32,000 nucleotides of DNA from Synechocystis sp. PCC 6803 substr. PCC-P (GCF_000284455.1 NC_017039.1:2730001-2762000), one strand, 5' to 3'; shown: positions 17,058 through 27,490, numbered from the stretch's first letter. Notes: generated from the letters alone by a model not told the origin. A program made the numbers and translations.

Positions 17058-18269
17058 ATGGTTACCCTTAATGAAACTGAATTGTTGTTGGTTCGGGGAG
17101 TTCAGTTCCGGGACCTGGAGGATTTAGATAAACTGACCGACCAACAGGGCGTAACTTCAGGCCGTTCTTTGGCAGGGGGGTTGCCCCAGAATCTTTTTTG
17201 GTACGGCCTGCTCCGGGCCTTGGGCTGTTTTCCCAATCCTTTGCAACATCTTTTCCATTGCTTTGTGGCGGAACAGAAACCCCAGGGTACCATCGGTGGC
17301 TTTGTGCAGGTGGCCCCATTCAATACCAGTCGATCCACCTGGAAAATTGAGCAACTATCGGTGCAGGCCCAGGCCATTCAGCCGGAGTTGGTCACAGATC
17401 CCAAAGGTATGGGTTCCCAACTATTGCGCTACTGTTTTCAAAATGTTTGGGAAGCCCGGACCTGGGTGTTGGATGTGGACGTCAATGATAAAAATATCCT
17501 GGCCCTTTACCGGCAGAATGGTTTTCAACCCCTAGCCCAAATTACCCATTGGTCTTTGTCGGCGGAACTGTTGACCAGTCTGGCGCAGAACGATCCCGAT
17601 TTACCCAATTTGTTACCCGTCAGCAACGCCGATGCAGCCCTGCTCTGTCAGCTTGATTGTGTTTCCATGCCTCCTTTGATGCGGCAAGTGTTTGATCGCC
17701 ATGTGGCGGATTTCAAGCGGCGCTTTTTGAGTTCCTTATTAAACCGCTGGCAAAATTGGTACACTCACCAAGAGGAAGTTAGTGGCTACGTGTTTGAACC
17801 TCAGCGTAAGGCGGCGATCGCCTACTTCAAACTCACTTTGTCCACCGACGGTCAACAGGCCCACCAGGCAGAGTTAACCGTACATCCTGCCTACACTTGG
17901 TTGTACCCTAAATTGCTGGTGAAAATGGCTCAACTAGTGCAAGAGCTTCCCCCCCAGGCCCTAATGTTAGAGTCAGCAGACTACCAACATGAACGGGAAG
18001 AATATTTGGAACAGTTGGGAGCCCAACGCCAGCAACATCGTTTGTTGATGTCCCGCTCCGTCTGGCACAAACTCAAAGAAACTAAGCCAGAGAGGTTACA
18101 ACTTTCCGAAGTATTACAGGGATTACAACCATTGCCCCGCACCCCCATTCCCAGTCGTATTTCCCTGCTGAATTTGCCGTTAAAGTCCCAAAAGGATCGC
18201 CCAGATAATCAAGATAAACAAGCCAATTTGGGGCATGAAGATCTACCGGAAAACGGTCATCATATCTAA
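17058..18269 (+). CDS. GNAT-like acetyltransferase domain protein (conserved cyanobacterial hypothetical)
   Basis: The segment NILALYRQNGFQPLAQ resembles the C-terminal GNAT motif. Nothing else in the protein is recognisable. Confidence 0.45.
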   Translation: MVTLNETELLLVRGVQFRDLEDLDKLTDQQGVTSGRSLAGGLPQNLFWYGLLRALGCFPNPLQHLFHCFVAEQKPQGTIGGFVQVAPFNTSRSTWKIEQLSVQAQAIQPELVTDPKGMGSQLLRYCFQNVWEARTWVLDVDVNDKNILALYRQNGFQPLAQITHWSLSAELLTSLAQNDPDLPNLLPVSNADAALLCQLDCVSMPPLMRQVFDRHVADFKRRFLSSLLNRWQNWYTHQEEVSGYVFEPQRKAAIAYFKLTLSTDGQQAHQAELTVHPAYTWLYPKLLVKMAQLVQELPPQALMLESADYQHEREEYLEQLGAQRQQHRLLMSRSVWHKLKETKPERLQLSEVLQGLQPLPRTPIPSRISLLNLPLKSQKDRPDNQDKQANLGHEDLPENGHHI

Positions 18270-18404
18270 ATTCAAGGGTCTGTTTGTAATGTTCCATTTT
18301 GGGCAACTAATTCCCCCATATCGGGAGTTTTTTGCCTAATTTGTTCCTTGACAAAATGAGGTCAAGAAGACTAAATTCTAACCATTTAACCGATTAAAAA
18401 ACTC

Positions 18405-18644
18405 TTAAGAAGAAATTTTCCCTTGCTCCGGATTGGGTACAGGATCATAACCCCCCGGATGTAGAGGATGGCATCGTAAAATCCTTTTCAGAGCTAGACA
18501 ACTGCCCCGCCAAACTCCGTGGATCTCCACCGCATCCAAGGCGTACTGGGAGCAGGTGGGCTGGAAACGACAACTAGGAGGAAATAACGGTGAAATCAAA
18601 ATTCGATAGAGTTTGATCAGAGTTAAAAGCAACTTTTTCATCAT
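18405..18644 (-). CDS. yidD: Membrane protein insertion efficiency factor YidD
   Basis: [35 protein letters not shown]...[13 protein letters not shown] is the diagnostic YidD sequence. Confidence 0.85.
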   Translation of the reverse strand: MMKKLLLTLIKLYRILISPLFPPSCRFQPTCSQYALDAVEIHGVWRGSCLALKRILRCHPLHPGGYDPVPNPEQGKISS

Positions 18645-18777
18645 GAATTAGCAACTATATGATCACAGAATAACAATTTTTTAATTGGGACTTCAATTAA
18701 TCTTTAAATTTTCGTTCTTGACAACTAATTTATTTATATTTATTGCTCAAAAATAATGCCATGGCTCCATTTCCATG

Positions 18778-18807
18778 TTGTTAGATGAGCGCCAAGCCTC
18801 ATATAAT
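18778..18807 (+). promoter_or_regulatory. Candidate promoter upstream of metH
   Basis: TTGTTA (18778-18783), an 18-nt spacer, then TATAAT (18802-18807), about 47 nt before ATG 18854. Pattern match only. Confidence 0.3.
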
Positions 18808-18853
18808 ATGCCATAACCCCGATCCAATCTAGCTTCTGGTCTCCGACCTCCCT

Positions 18854-21800
18854 ATGAAAAGTGCTTTTTTAGACCGTATCCACAGTCCCGATCGCCCGGT
18901 ATTAGTCTTTGACGGGGCTATGGGTACAAACCTGCAGGTACAGAACCTAACGGCGGCGGATTTTGGTGGGGCGGAATACGAAGGTTGCAATGAATATTTA
19001 GTCCATACCAAGCCAGAGGCCGTGGCTACGGTGCATCGTGCTTTTTACGAAGCGGGGGCCGATGTCGTGGAAACGGATACTTTTGGGGGAACGCCCCTGG
19101 TGCTGGCGGAGTACGATTTAGCAGACCAAAGTTATTACTTAAATAAAGCAGCGGCGGAGTTGGCCAAGGCGGTAGCAGCGGAATTTTCTACCCCAGAAAA
19201 GCCTCGATTCGTGGCCGGCTCCATGGGACCAGGCACCAAGCTACCCACCCTAGGTCATGTGGACTACGATAGTCTCAAGGATGCCTATGTGGTTCAGGTG
19301 CGGGGTTTATACGATGGCGGAGTGGATTTATTGCTAGTGGAAACCTGCCAGGATGTGCTGCAAATTAAAGCGGCCTTGAACGCCATTGAACAGGTCTTTG
19401 CCGAAAAAGGCGATCGCCTACCGTTGATGGTGTCAGTAACCATGGAAACCATGGGGACCATGCTGGTGGGTACGGAGATGGCGGCGGCCCTGGCCATTTT
19501 GGAGCCCTATCCCATCGATATTTTGGGGCTAAACTGCGCCACCGGGCCAGATTTGATGAAGGAACACGTTAAATATCTTTCCGAACATTCCCCCTTTGTG
19601 GTGTCCTGTATTCCCAATGCTGGTTTGCCAGAAAACGTTGGCGGTCAAGCTTTTTATCGCCTCACCCCGATGGAACTGCAAATGTCCCTGATGCACTTCA
19701 TCGAAGACCTGGGAGTACAGGTAATTGGTGGTTGTTGTGGCACTAGACCCGATCACATCAAGGCCCTGGCGGATATTGCCAAGGATCTCCAGCCCAAACA
19801 ACGCCAACCTCACTACGAACCCAGCGCCGCTTCCATTTATTCCACCCAAACCTACGCCCAAGAAAATTCTTTTTTAATCATTGGCGAACGGCTCAATGCC
19901 AGTGGCTCGAAAAAATGTCGAGATCTGCTCAATGCTGAAGATTGGGACAGCCTAGTTTCCCTGGCTAAATCCCAAGTCAAGGAAGGAGCCCAAATCCTTG
20001 ACGTCAACGTGGATTACGTTGGTCGAGATGGGGTAAGGGACATGAAAGAATTAGCTTCCCGACTAGTCAATAATGTCACCCTGCCGTTGATGTTGGACTC
20101 CACCGAATGGCAAAAAATGGAGGCGGGTTTAAAAGTTGCAGGGGGAAAATGTATTCTCAATTCCACCAACTACGAAGACGGGGAAGAACGGTTTTATAAA
20201 GTGTTAGAAATTGCCAAAGAATATGGAGCTGGTATTGTCATTGGCACCATCGATGAAGATGGCATGGGACGCACTGCAGATAAAAAATTTGAGATTGCCA
20301 AACGGGCCTACGAAGCGGCGATCGCCTTTGGCATTCCGGCCACAGAAATTTTCTTTGATCCTTTAGCTCTGCCTATTTCCACCGGCATTGAAGAAGACAG
20401 GGAGAACGGTAAAGCCACCGTGGATGCTATCCGCAGAATTCGCCAGGAATTGCCCGATTGTCATATTTTGTTGGGGGTTTCTAACGTTTCCTTTGGCTTG
20501 AATCCCGCCGCTCGCCAGGTACTCAATTCCATCTTTCTCCACGAATGTATGCAGGTGGGCATGGATGCGGCCATTGTCAGTGCCAATAAGATTTTACCCC
20601 TGGCAAAAATTGACCCAGAACAACAACAAGTCTGTCTAGATTTAATCTATGACCGCCGGGAATTTGAAGGAGAGCGCTGTACATATGACCCGTTAACCAA
20701 ACTCACCACTTTATTTGAAGGTAAAACCACCAAACGGGATAAATCCGGTGATGCCAATTTACCGGTGGAAGAAAGATTAAAACGCCACATCATTGATGGG
20801 GAAAGATTGGGCTTAGAAGAGGCCCTCAATGAAGCTTTAAAACTTTACGCTCCCTTAGATATCATTAACATCTATTTGTTGGATGGCATGAAAGTGGTGG
20901 GGGAACTATTTGGTTCCGGGCAAATGCAGTTGCCCTTTGTGTTGCAGTCGGCCCAAACCATGAAAGCGGCGGTGGCTTTTTTAGAACCCCATATGGATAA
21001 GGATGATTCCGCCGACAATGCTAAGGGTACTTTTTTAATTGCCACTGTTAAGGGGGATGTCCATGATATTGGCAAAAACTTAGTGGATATTATCCTTTCC
21101 AACAATGGCTATCGAGTGGTCAACCTAGGCATTAAACAGCCAGTGGAAAATATTATCGAAGCCTACAAAAAACACAGGCCCGATTGCATTGCCATGAGTG
21201 GTTTGTTGGTCAAATCAACTGCTTTTATGAAGGAAAATTTAGAAGTTTTCAACCAAGAGGGCATTACTGTTCCCGTCATTCTTGGTGGTGCTGCTTTAAC
21301 GCCTAAATTTGTTCACCAGGACTGCCAAAATACCTACAAAGGCCAAGTAATTTACGGCAAAGATGCGTTCGCCGATTTACATTTCATGGATAAGCTAATG
21401 CCCGCTAAAAATAGCCACAATTGGGATGATTTCCAGGGCTTTTTAGGGGAATATGCAACGGAAAATGGCCATAATGTGACCACTGATGATGGTGCTAAAA
21501 CTAATTTTGGCATTGAAGAAGAAAAATTAATTGACGCTAGTGAGCAGTCTAGGGAGCCGGAGGTAATTGATACTGTTCGTTCTGAAGCGGTGGACCCTGA
21601 TCTAGAAAGACCTGTGCCACCTTTTTGGGGCACTAAAATTTTGCAATCCAGTGATATTTCCCTCGATGAAGTCTTCCCTTTACTGGATTTACAAGCATTA
21701 TTTGTTGGTCAGTGGCAGTTTCGCAAACCTAGGGAGCAATCCAGGGAAGAATACGAGCAATTCCTAGCGGAAAAAGTTCATCCCATTTTGGCTGAGTGGA

Positions 21801-22441
21801 AAGGTAAGGTCATGGCAGAAAATTTACTCCATCCTACGGTGGTTTATGGTTATTTTCCCTGTCAATCCCAGGGCAATACCTTGTTAATTTATGACCCAGA
21901 ATTGGTCAGCCAAAATAATGGCCAAATTCCCCCAGACGCAACGGCGATCGCCAAATTTGAGTTTCCCCGGCAAAAATCAGGGCGGCGGCTCTGTATTGCG
22001 GACTTTTTTGCTTCAAAAGAATCGGGGATTACTGATGTTTTTCCTTTGCAAGCGGTTACAGTGGGGGAAATCGCGACGGAATATGCAAGGAAACTTTTTG
22101 CTGGCGATAATTACACCGATTACCTCTACTTCCACGGCATGGCGGTGCAGATGGCGGAAGCTTTAGCGGAGTGGACTCACCAACGGATACGTCAGGAATT
22201 GGGCTTTGGCCATTTAGATCCAGATAACATCCGTGATCTTCTCCAGCAACGTTACCAAGGTTCCCGCTACAGTTTTGGTTATCCCGCTTGTCCCAACATG
22301 CAGGATCAATACACACAATTAGAATTGTTACAAACCGAACGAATTGGCTTGTATATGGATGAAAGTGAACAGGTTTATCCAGAACAATCCACCACGGCGA
22401 TTATTTCCTATCATCCTGCGGCTAAATATTTCAGCGCTTAA
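18854..22441 (+). CDS. metH: Cobalamin-dependent methionine synthase
   Basis: This is a 1,195-aa, four-module protein. It has the Hcy-binding module (GGCCGT), the pterin-binding module, the B12-binding DxHxxG motif (GDVHDIGKN) with MSGLL, and the AdoMet activation domain at the C-terminus. Confidence 0.97.
21944..22129 (+). repeat. Left copy of an imperfect direct repeat (metH 3' region) whose degraded partner lies at 28265-28451
   Basis: Hand alignment gives roughly 85% nucleotide identity over about 186 nt. A second block, 22379-22441, matches 28452-28515. Confidence 0.85.
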
Positions 22442-22468
22442 AATTCCCATACTCTCTTATTTGACGCT

Positions 22469-22678
22469 ATGCCTAAGAAAATTAGGGAATTAAAAACGAT
22501 GCTTTTTCAATCAGGTTTTACCTGTAAATCGGGCAAGGGGAGTCATACAAAATGGGATCATCCCCTACTGGATGGAATAGTCACACTTTCTGGTAAAGAT
22601 GGCAGTGATGCTAAGTTTTATCAAGAAAAGGATGTTTTACAAGCTATTCAAATTGTTAAACAAAAAGGAGGAAATTGA
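22469..22678 (+). CDS. hicA: HicA-family mRNA interferase toxin (second copy)
   Basis: MPKKIRELKTMLFQSGFTCKSGKGSHTKWDHP. It is about half identical to the 6746-6961 copy and starts 27 nt after the metH stop. Confidence 0.85.
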   Translation: MPKKIRELKTMLFQSGFTCKSGKGSHTKWDHPLLDGIVTLSGKDGSDAKFYQEKDVLQAIQIVKQKGGN

Positions 22679-22914
22679 TGATGGAAAATGTTCAAAACCA
22701 TTATTCTTTAATTATTCAATGGTCAGATCTTGACAACTGCTTTGTGGTCAGTTTACCTGAATGGGGTGATTTTTGTCACACCCATGGGGATACCTATGAG
22801 GAGGCTTTCCAACAAGGGAAGGAGTTGTTGGATTTTTTAATTGAAACTACGCTAGAGGAAGGGAATATTTTGCCTATTCCCCAATTTTTTCAACAATCAT
22901 TAGTTACGACTTAA
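22678..22914 (+). CDS. hicB: HicB-like antitoxin (second copy)
   Basis: YSLIIQWSDLDNCFVVSLPEWGDFCHTHGDTYEEAFQQGKELL. ATG 22678 overlaps the hicA TGA (TGATG), and an AAAGGAGG SD lies just upstream. Confidence 0.75.
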   Translation: MMENVQNHYSLIIQWSDLDNCFVVSLPEWGDFCHTHGDTYEEAFQQGKELLDFLIETTLEEGNILPIPQFFQQSLVTT

Positions 22915-23009
22915 GTTAAGGCAAGTAAAATTAAGACATAGATTAAAAAAACACAAATAATTTTATAAAGATGATTGATTCTTCATACCCACGTGTATAG
23001 CAATGCTAT

Positions 23010-23259
23010 TTAATTTTTCAAGCTTAAATAATTTTGAGCAGCGTGTTCTGCCTCTGTTATGCCCAGAGGTAAAATATTGACAGACGTTAAAATGCTGGCA
23101 ATTGCTTGTTCAATTTTTAATGCACGTTGGGGATTTAGGGCTAAGCCATATTGTTGAAACGGCAATCTCGATTGGTGGGGTTTGTTTGAGTTTGGTCGTT
23201 GTTCCCGACTCTCCCTTGATAAAGTCACTAATCACATAGGTATCAAGCAGGTAACGCAT
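23010..23259 (-). pseudogene. vapC: Degraded PIN-domain toxin vapC (frameshifted and 3'-truncated)
   Basis: From ATG 23259 the frame reads MRYLLDTYVISDFIKGESGTTTKLKQTPPIEIAVSTI, then runs to a stop at 23112-23110. A second frame continues QQYGLALNPQRALKIEQAIASILTSVNILPLGITEAEHAAQNYLSLKN and stops at 23010. The last third of a PIN domain, with the third and fourth acidic residues, is absent. Confidence 0.6.
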
Positions 23260-23501
23260 TAGAATAACTCTGGTTCACAGGGAGAGAGAAGCTCATCTCG
23301 ATACGACTCAAATTCAGGGAAATTCGGAAAACCTTCGTAAGATATAACGACTTCTGTCCATTGGGAAGTGGAAACGGTAGGCATTTCAATCATTTGGCGT
23401 AAGGCTTTCAAAATGATGGTTTGTAGGGGAACATTCGCTGTTTTTGCTTGACGAAGTAAATCTTGTTCAATATCTGGCGGTAGATTGATTGTAATTTGCA
23501 T
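23259..23501 (-). CDS. vapB: VapB-type antitoxin (RHH-like N-terminus), apparently intact
   Basis: MQITINLPPDIEQDLLRQAKTANVPLQTIILKALRQMIE is typical of cyanobacterial PIN-partner antitoxins. Its stop overlaps the vapC start (TAATG). A GAGGG SD precedes the ATG. Confidence 0.6.
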   Translation of the reverse strand: MQITINLPPDIEQDLLRQAKTANVPLQTIILKALRQMIEMPTVSTSQWTEVVISYEGFPNFPEFESYRDELLSPCEPELF

Positions 23502-23530
23502 TCTCTTTTCCCTCGGAGGTTAACCATTTA

Positions 23531-26500
23531 TTAATTTTTGGGCATCGCTTGTTGTTCAATCTTTGAAGGGGAACCATTTAAACTATCCTTTAGCACATCG
23601 TTAAATATACCATTAAAAAAAATACCAACTACTGTTGCAATAACTCCAATTATTCCAATCACTCCAAACAGAATCTCCCAATTAAATCTTTTTTGTTTCT
23701 CTGGACTAGAACAAGTCACGTTATTACTTGTTACACCACTTGTACCGACCGGAGCATTAATTGTTGAATCTGAAATATTGTTGATAATTTTGGGCTCATC
23801 TTCCATTTTTTCTGTCCTCTTATCTATGGTACTAAGTTGATTAGATAAATCTAAATTAGAAGGCTCTGGAATAATTAAAAATTCAAGAAGTTTATCTGGT
23901 TTAAAAGGTCGCCAAGTTTCACGGCGCATATTTTGTTGTGCATAAGTTAGCGTTTCTTTTAACCAAGGGAGATGGGGAAGCTCCTGGATAAGACGCTCAA
24001 GTTCAGCACAGGCTTCGATGGTCCCTTTGTCTCTTAATTGTGATAAAGAGTTATTCCTAAAAAATGCAATATTATCTCTAGGGCTAACTATATAAGCCAT
24101 TACTTCGTTTCGATGATCCGGATCTTCATAATGAGGATACTGCCACACTAACCAGGCATATAAATCTGCAATTTGTTTTTCAGTCAAGTCAAACTTGATT
24201 CCACTTAAATTACAAGAAGCGGCTAATTCAAATGCCTCGCGTCCAAACTGTACATCTGCCGTAATTTTTTCCCATATTACATTCCAGCTATCTGGATCTG
24301 AATAAGTGATAAGTGCTTTAATGGCGAACAATGCTTTTTGCCGTTCACTATCAAATTCACTATTAGTATAATTTCGTATTGTGGATAAAGCGATATCTTT
24401 GGCTTGAACAGCTCCTTGCTCAATAAGTTTTTCTAATAGCTTTCTAAATACGTTAGGCTTTAATTGAGAATCTTTTACTTTTTCTGTCAAGTTATTTTCT
24501 AATTTTTCATCCCAACACATCTCTAAGCGATCAATCACAAAAATATTATTATCTTGATTTTCTTTGTCAATCAATTTTAAAAGCGTTGTCAAAAATTCAT
24601 CTGGAGAATGGTGATATGAGAGGCTGACTAATTTTCGGCAATTTTTTCTTGGATTTGAGTCAATAAAACTATTAGGAACTGACAGGATTATGGGTGTCCA
24701 TCTTTTCCATATATCCGTTGAAAAATTGTCTAAAGTTCTTGGAGCTTCCGTCAAGATTAACTGTAATGCCTTGCAACCATACAATTCGGAAAAATTATAT
24801 GTATTTGTTCCTATCCAGCTATAATCTATATTTGTTTGCTGTTGAATATATTGAATTGCCCCCTGAATAATTCTTTTTTTTGTTGCTTGCTCTGCTTCTT
24901 TCCATCCCGGAAGCTGAGTCAGATCTAATTTTAAGTTATGACCATAACGTTTGCTTTGTGGCAGTAAAGTCATTTCTCGATTTAGTCGCCACCATGCGGA
25001 TAAATCTCCCGATTCTAACTGCTCTAAACAGTCAATAACTCTTTCTTTTGGTGGAGGATCTAGCAAGTCCGGCTTATTCCAGGAATTTTTCATTTTAAGA
25101 TAATGATCACGTAATTGAGTCACTTCTTCTGAGTCCAACTCAATAGGAGTAAAGTAATAACTAAAAACGTCACTAAGAATAGAGTTGTTTTGAGTGGCTT
25201 TAATAATTTCACTTATCTGCTTTGTATCTCGACGATCAAATACTTCCTCGATTATTTTAGCCCACGCTCTTTGAATTTTTTCATGGTTGGAATCTTGGAG
25301 TTTTTCTAGCATCCAATCAACATCATTGGAGCTTATAATTGGTTCTGTCATTGAGCTTGTTAAAAAATAAAAATCTTCATCTTCATCTTTTTCTGCAATG
25401 CTTTCAACTAAATTTTCAATAAGAGCATAACGCTTTTGATTGTTTCCCAAAAGTGATTCTTGAAATTGGGCTTGTAAACTCGGAGAATGACTAATGAGTT
25501 TCTGATGCTCTTTCCATTGTAATAATGCTACTTGCGTAAAACCCTCCAGTACTCCAGGAACGTTAACGTGTTCCCATGCTTTTAGCAGAATTGCATCTCC
25601 TAGTTCTTCAAATGGATGCCCAAAGCATCGCACACCTTGAGTTTTCAGCCAGTCGAGAGCAATAACTAAATCTTCGGAATCAAGTTGTGGAACTAACTCA
25701 GACTCAAGAAAATATCGATGCATTCCAAGCAAATTTATCCTTTTCGATGGAGTGAGCGCCTGAAATAATTCTTCGGCTGTTAGTTGCCTTGGCCAGAGTG
25801 CTTTCAACGCATAGGCTTTTAGTTCATCTTGCTCATCTTCCGGTAAAACATTGAGTGCAAGGGACTTTAGCTTTAATCTTGTAGATTGATCACCTATTGA
25901 ACTAATAGCACGGGCGGCATTAACTCTTATACTTATTGGCTGTGATGGACAAAGAGTTAGCTTTGCTAAGTCACCTTGAAGCTCAGAGAGATTACACTCT
26001 ATGGCAATATCAATTGCTATCCTTCGTGTATCCTCTTTCTTGCTGGAATCACAAATATAAACTTTCAACTGCTCAGCTAGCCCAGAATGTTTTAATTTTG
26101 CGTAATTACGAACGTTGCAAAATCCTCGATCAAATAATTTTTCTTCCTCATATTGCATTAATAAATTAGCAACAATTGTCGCTCGAAGCTCTGAATCAGT
26201 AGGTATATCGGTTTGCAAAAGAACGTCAGGATCAGTTTTAATTATCTCTTGAAACACATTATCCCTCATGGAAGCTAACCAAACTGCTGTTTCATGAAGT
26301 TGTGGAATAAGCTTAGGAGTGGAATCAGCAGATGAATACAACAATGTCTTAATCTTTGATAAGTCAATGTTTCGTTGCGTCAAATACCAAGCCGCAAAAA
26401 ACTCAGCATAGGTTTGGTGTGCCCATCCCATTCGATGCAATCCACGAGATGAAAATAAACCAGTATCTAAAACTTCTTGAATTACTTCTTGAGTAATCTC

Positions 26501-27490
26501 AAATTCTCTTCCATTTGATTCTTCATAACCGAAACATAACTTTTGACGAGGAACATCTTCAGCCGGAACTTGTCCCTGTTCGACATCAATCCACACAGCA
26601 AATCGATTAGCAAAGATCGTAACGGCGGCAATTCGAGCTGCCACAATCAGTCGTTGATCAATATCTAAATTGCCTGTCTCCTTTAAGGCATGACGACATT
26701 TACTTACTTCTTCGCAAAGACACTTGCATCCTTCAAGATAAGATTCATAACGTTTCTGTTCTGGAGGAAATTGGCTGTTATGACGGCGGTATGTATTCAA
26801 TAAAAATCCTAGAGAGATTGGTTTAATCGCTAGGGGTACAATATCCCTTTGGTTAATCGCTTTCAGAAAGTCATCGGAAGAAAAACCTTCAGCTTCCACA
26901 GCGTTGATTACGTCTATACGGCGAAGTGGAGCTAGTTCATAAATTGCAAAGTTACTTTCTTCCCAAAGAGCTTTTAGAGCTTCTTCTAAAATGGATGGAA
27001 ACGCCAAAGTTCGACAAGTTAAACGGAGATGAAGACGATTAATATGACTTCGATATTTAGGTTTCTTAAACTCATCAACCAATCCTATCGCCAAGGATTT
27101 GACGTTCAAGAGTCCTTCATCAAGACTGTCCAAAAACAAATGGAGGTGATAATGACCCTCTAACCAGTCGGAAAAAGTTTTATCCCTAAACAAATCCTCT
27201 TTTAAATTAGTAAAGGTTCGAAGATTCAAGCCCAGGACTTTACTATATTCGCAGATTGTTTCTTCGGTAAATCGTTGTAGCTTTTCTAGTTCGTGGGTTT
27301 TGCCAACGCCAGGCTCCCCCAATAAAACAAGGCAAGGAATCTCAGCAATATCTTCTAAACTCACCAGATCTGGGTTACATGCTTTGCCCCATTTTGTATT
27401 TGGATCGTCTAAGTAACCGCCATCTCTCAGACTTATGTTACCTGAGCGAGGACACCAGAACCGCTTCCAATTATAGTTTTGTTGCGACAT
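23531..27490 (-). CDS. NACHT-type STAND P-loop NTPase with a long helical-repeat (ARM/HEAT-like) region and a single C-terminal transmembrane helix
   Basis: Walker A is GEPGVGKT (res 58-65) and Walker B is LFLDSLDE (res 118-125). LRLTCRT, PLAIKP and WAHQTYAEFFAAWYL (res 356-370) are NACHT-like signatures. The TM helix is ILFGVIGIIGVIATVVGIFF (res 1273-1292). The gene is AT-rich and HIP1-free. Confidence 0.75.
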   Translation of the reverse strand: MSQQNYNWKRFWCPRSGNISLRDGGYLDDPNTKWGKACNPDLVSLEDIAEIPCLVLLGEPGVGKTHELEKLQRFTEETICEYSKVLGLNLRTFTNLKEDLFRDKTFSDWLEGHYHLHLFLDSLDEGLLNVKSLAIGLVDEFKKPKYRSHINRLHLRLTCRTLAFPSILEEALKALWEESNFAIYELAPLRRIDVINAVEAEGFSSDDFLKAINQRDIVPLAIKPISLGFLLNTYRRHNSQFPPEQKRYESYLEGCKCLCEEVSKCRHALKETGNLDIDQRLIVAARIAAVTIFANRFAVWIDVEQGQVPAEDVPRQKLCFGYEESNGREFEITQEVIQEVLDTGLFSSRGLHRMGWAHQTYAEFFAAWYLTQRNIDLSKIKTLLYSSADSTPKLIPQLHETAVWLASMRDNVFQEIIKTDPDVLLQTDIPTDSELRATIVANLLMQYEEEKLFDRGFCNVRNYAKLKHSGLAEQLKVYICDSSKKEDTRRIAIDIAIECNLSELQGDLAKLTLCPSQPISIRVNAARAISSIGDQSTRLKLKSLALNVLPEDEQDELKAYALKALWPRQLTAEELFQALTPSKRINLLGMHRYFLESELVPQLDSEDLVIALDWLKTQGVRCFGHPFEELGDAILLKAWEHVNVPGVLEGFTQVALLQWKEHQKLISHSPSLQAQFQESLLGNNQKRYALIENLVESIAEKDEDEDFYFLTSSMTEPIISSNDVDWMLEKLQDSNHEKIQRAWAKIIEEVFDRRDTKQISEIIKATQNNSILSDVFSYYFTPIELDSEEVTQLRDHYLKMKNSWNKPDLLDPPPKERVIDCLEQLESGDLSAWWRLNREMTLLPQSKRYGHNLKLDLTQLPGWKEAEQATKKRIIQGAIQYIQQQTNIDYSWIGTNTYNFSELYGCKALQLILTEAPRTLDNFSTDIWKRWTPIILSVPNSFIDSNPRKNCRKLVSLSYHHSPDEFLTTLLKLIDKENQDNNIFVIDRLEMCWDEKLENNLTEKVKDSQLKPNVFRKLLEKLIEQGAVQAKDIALSTIRNYTNSEFDSERQKALFAIKALITYSDPDSWNVIWEKITADVQFGREAFELAASCNLSGIKFDLTEKQIADLYAWLVWQYPHYEDPDHRNEVMAYIVSPRDNIAFFRNNSLSQLRDKGTIEACAELERLIQELPHLPWLKETLTYAQQNMRRETWRPFKPDKLLEFLIIPEPSNLDLSNQLSTIDKRTEKMEDEPKIINNISDSTINAPVGTSGVTSNNVTCSSPEKQKRFNWEILFGVIGIIGVIATVVGIFFNGIFNDVLKDSLNGSPSKIEQQAMPKN

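Noticed and set aside
18645-18853. A possible cobalamin riboswitch upstream of metH
   Set aside because: The leader is short and AT-rich, with no B12-box-like GCCACTG core or obvious multi-stem structure. B12 riboswitches normally control metE or transport genes rather than metH.
23538-23840. A 100-aa hydrophobic plus-strand ORF
   Set aside because: It is antisense to the TM-helix and linker region of the STAND gene. Hydrophobic codons mirrored on the opposite strand give a spurious membrane-like ORF.
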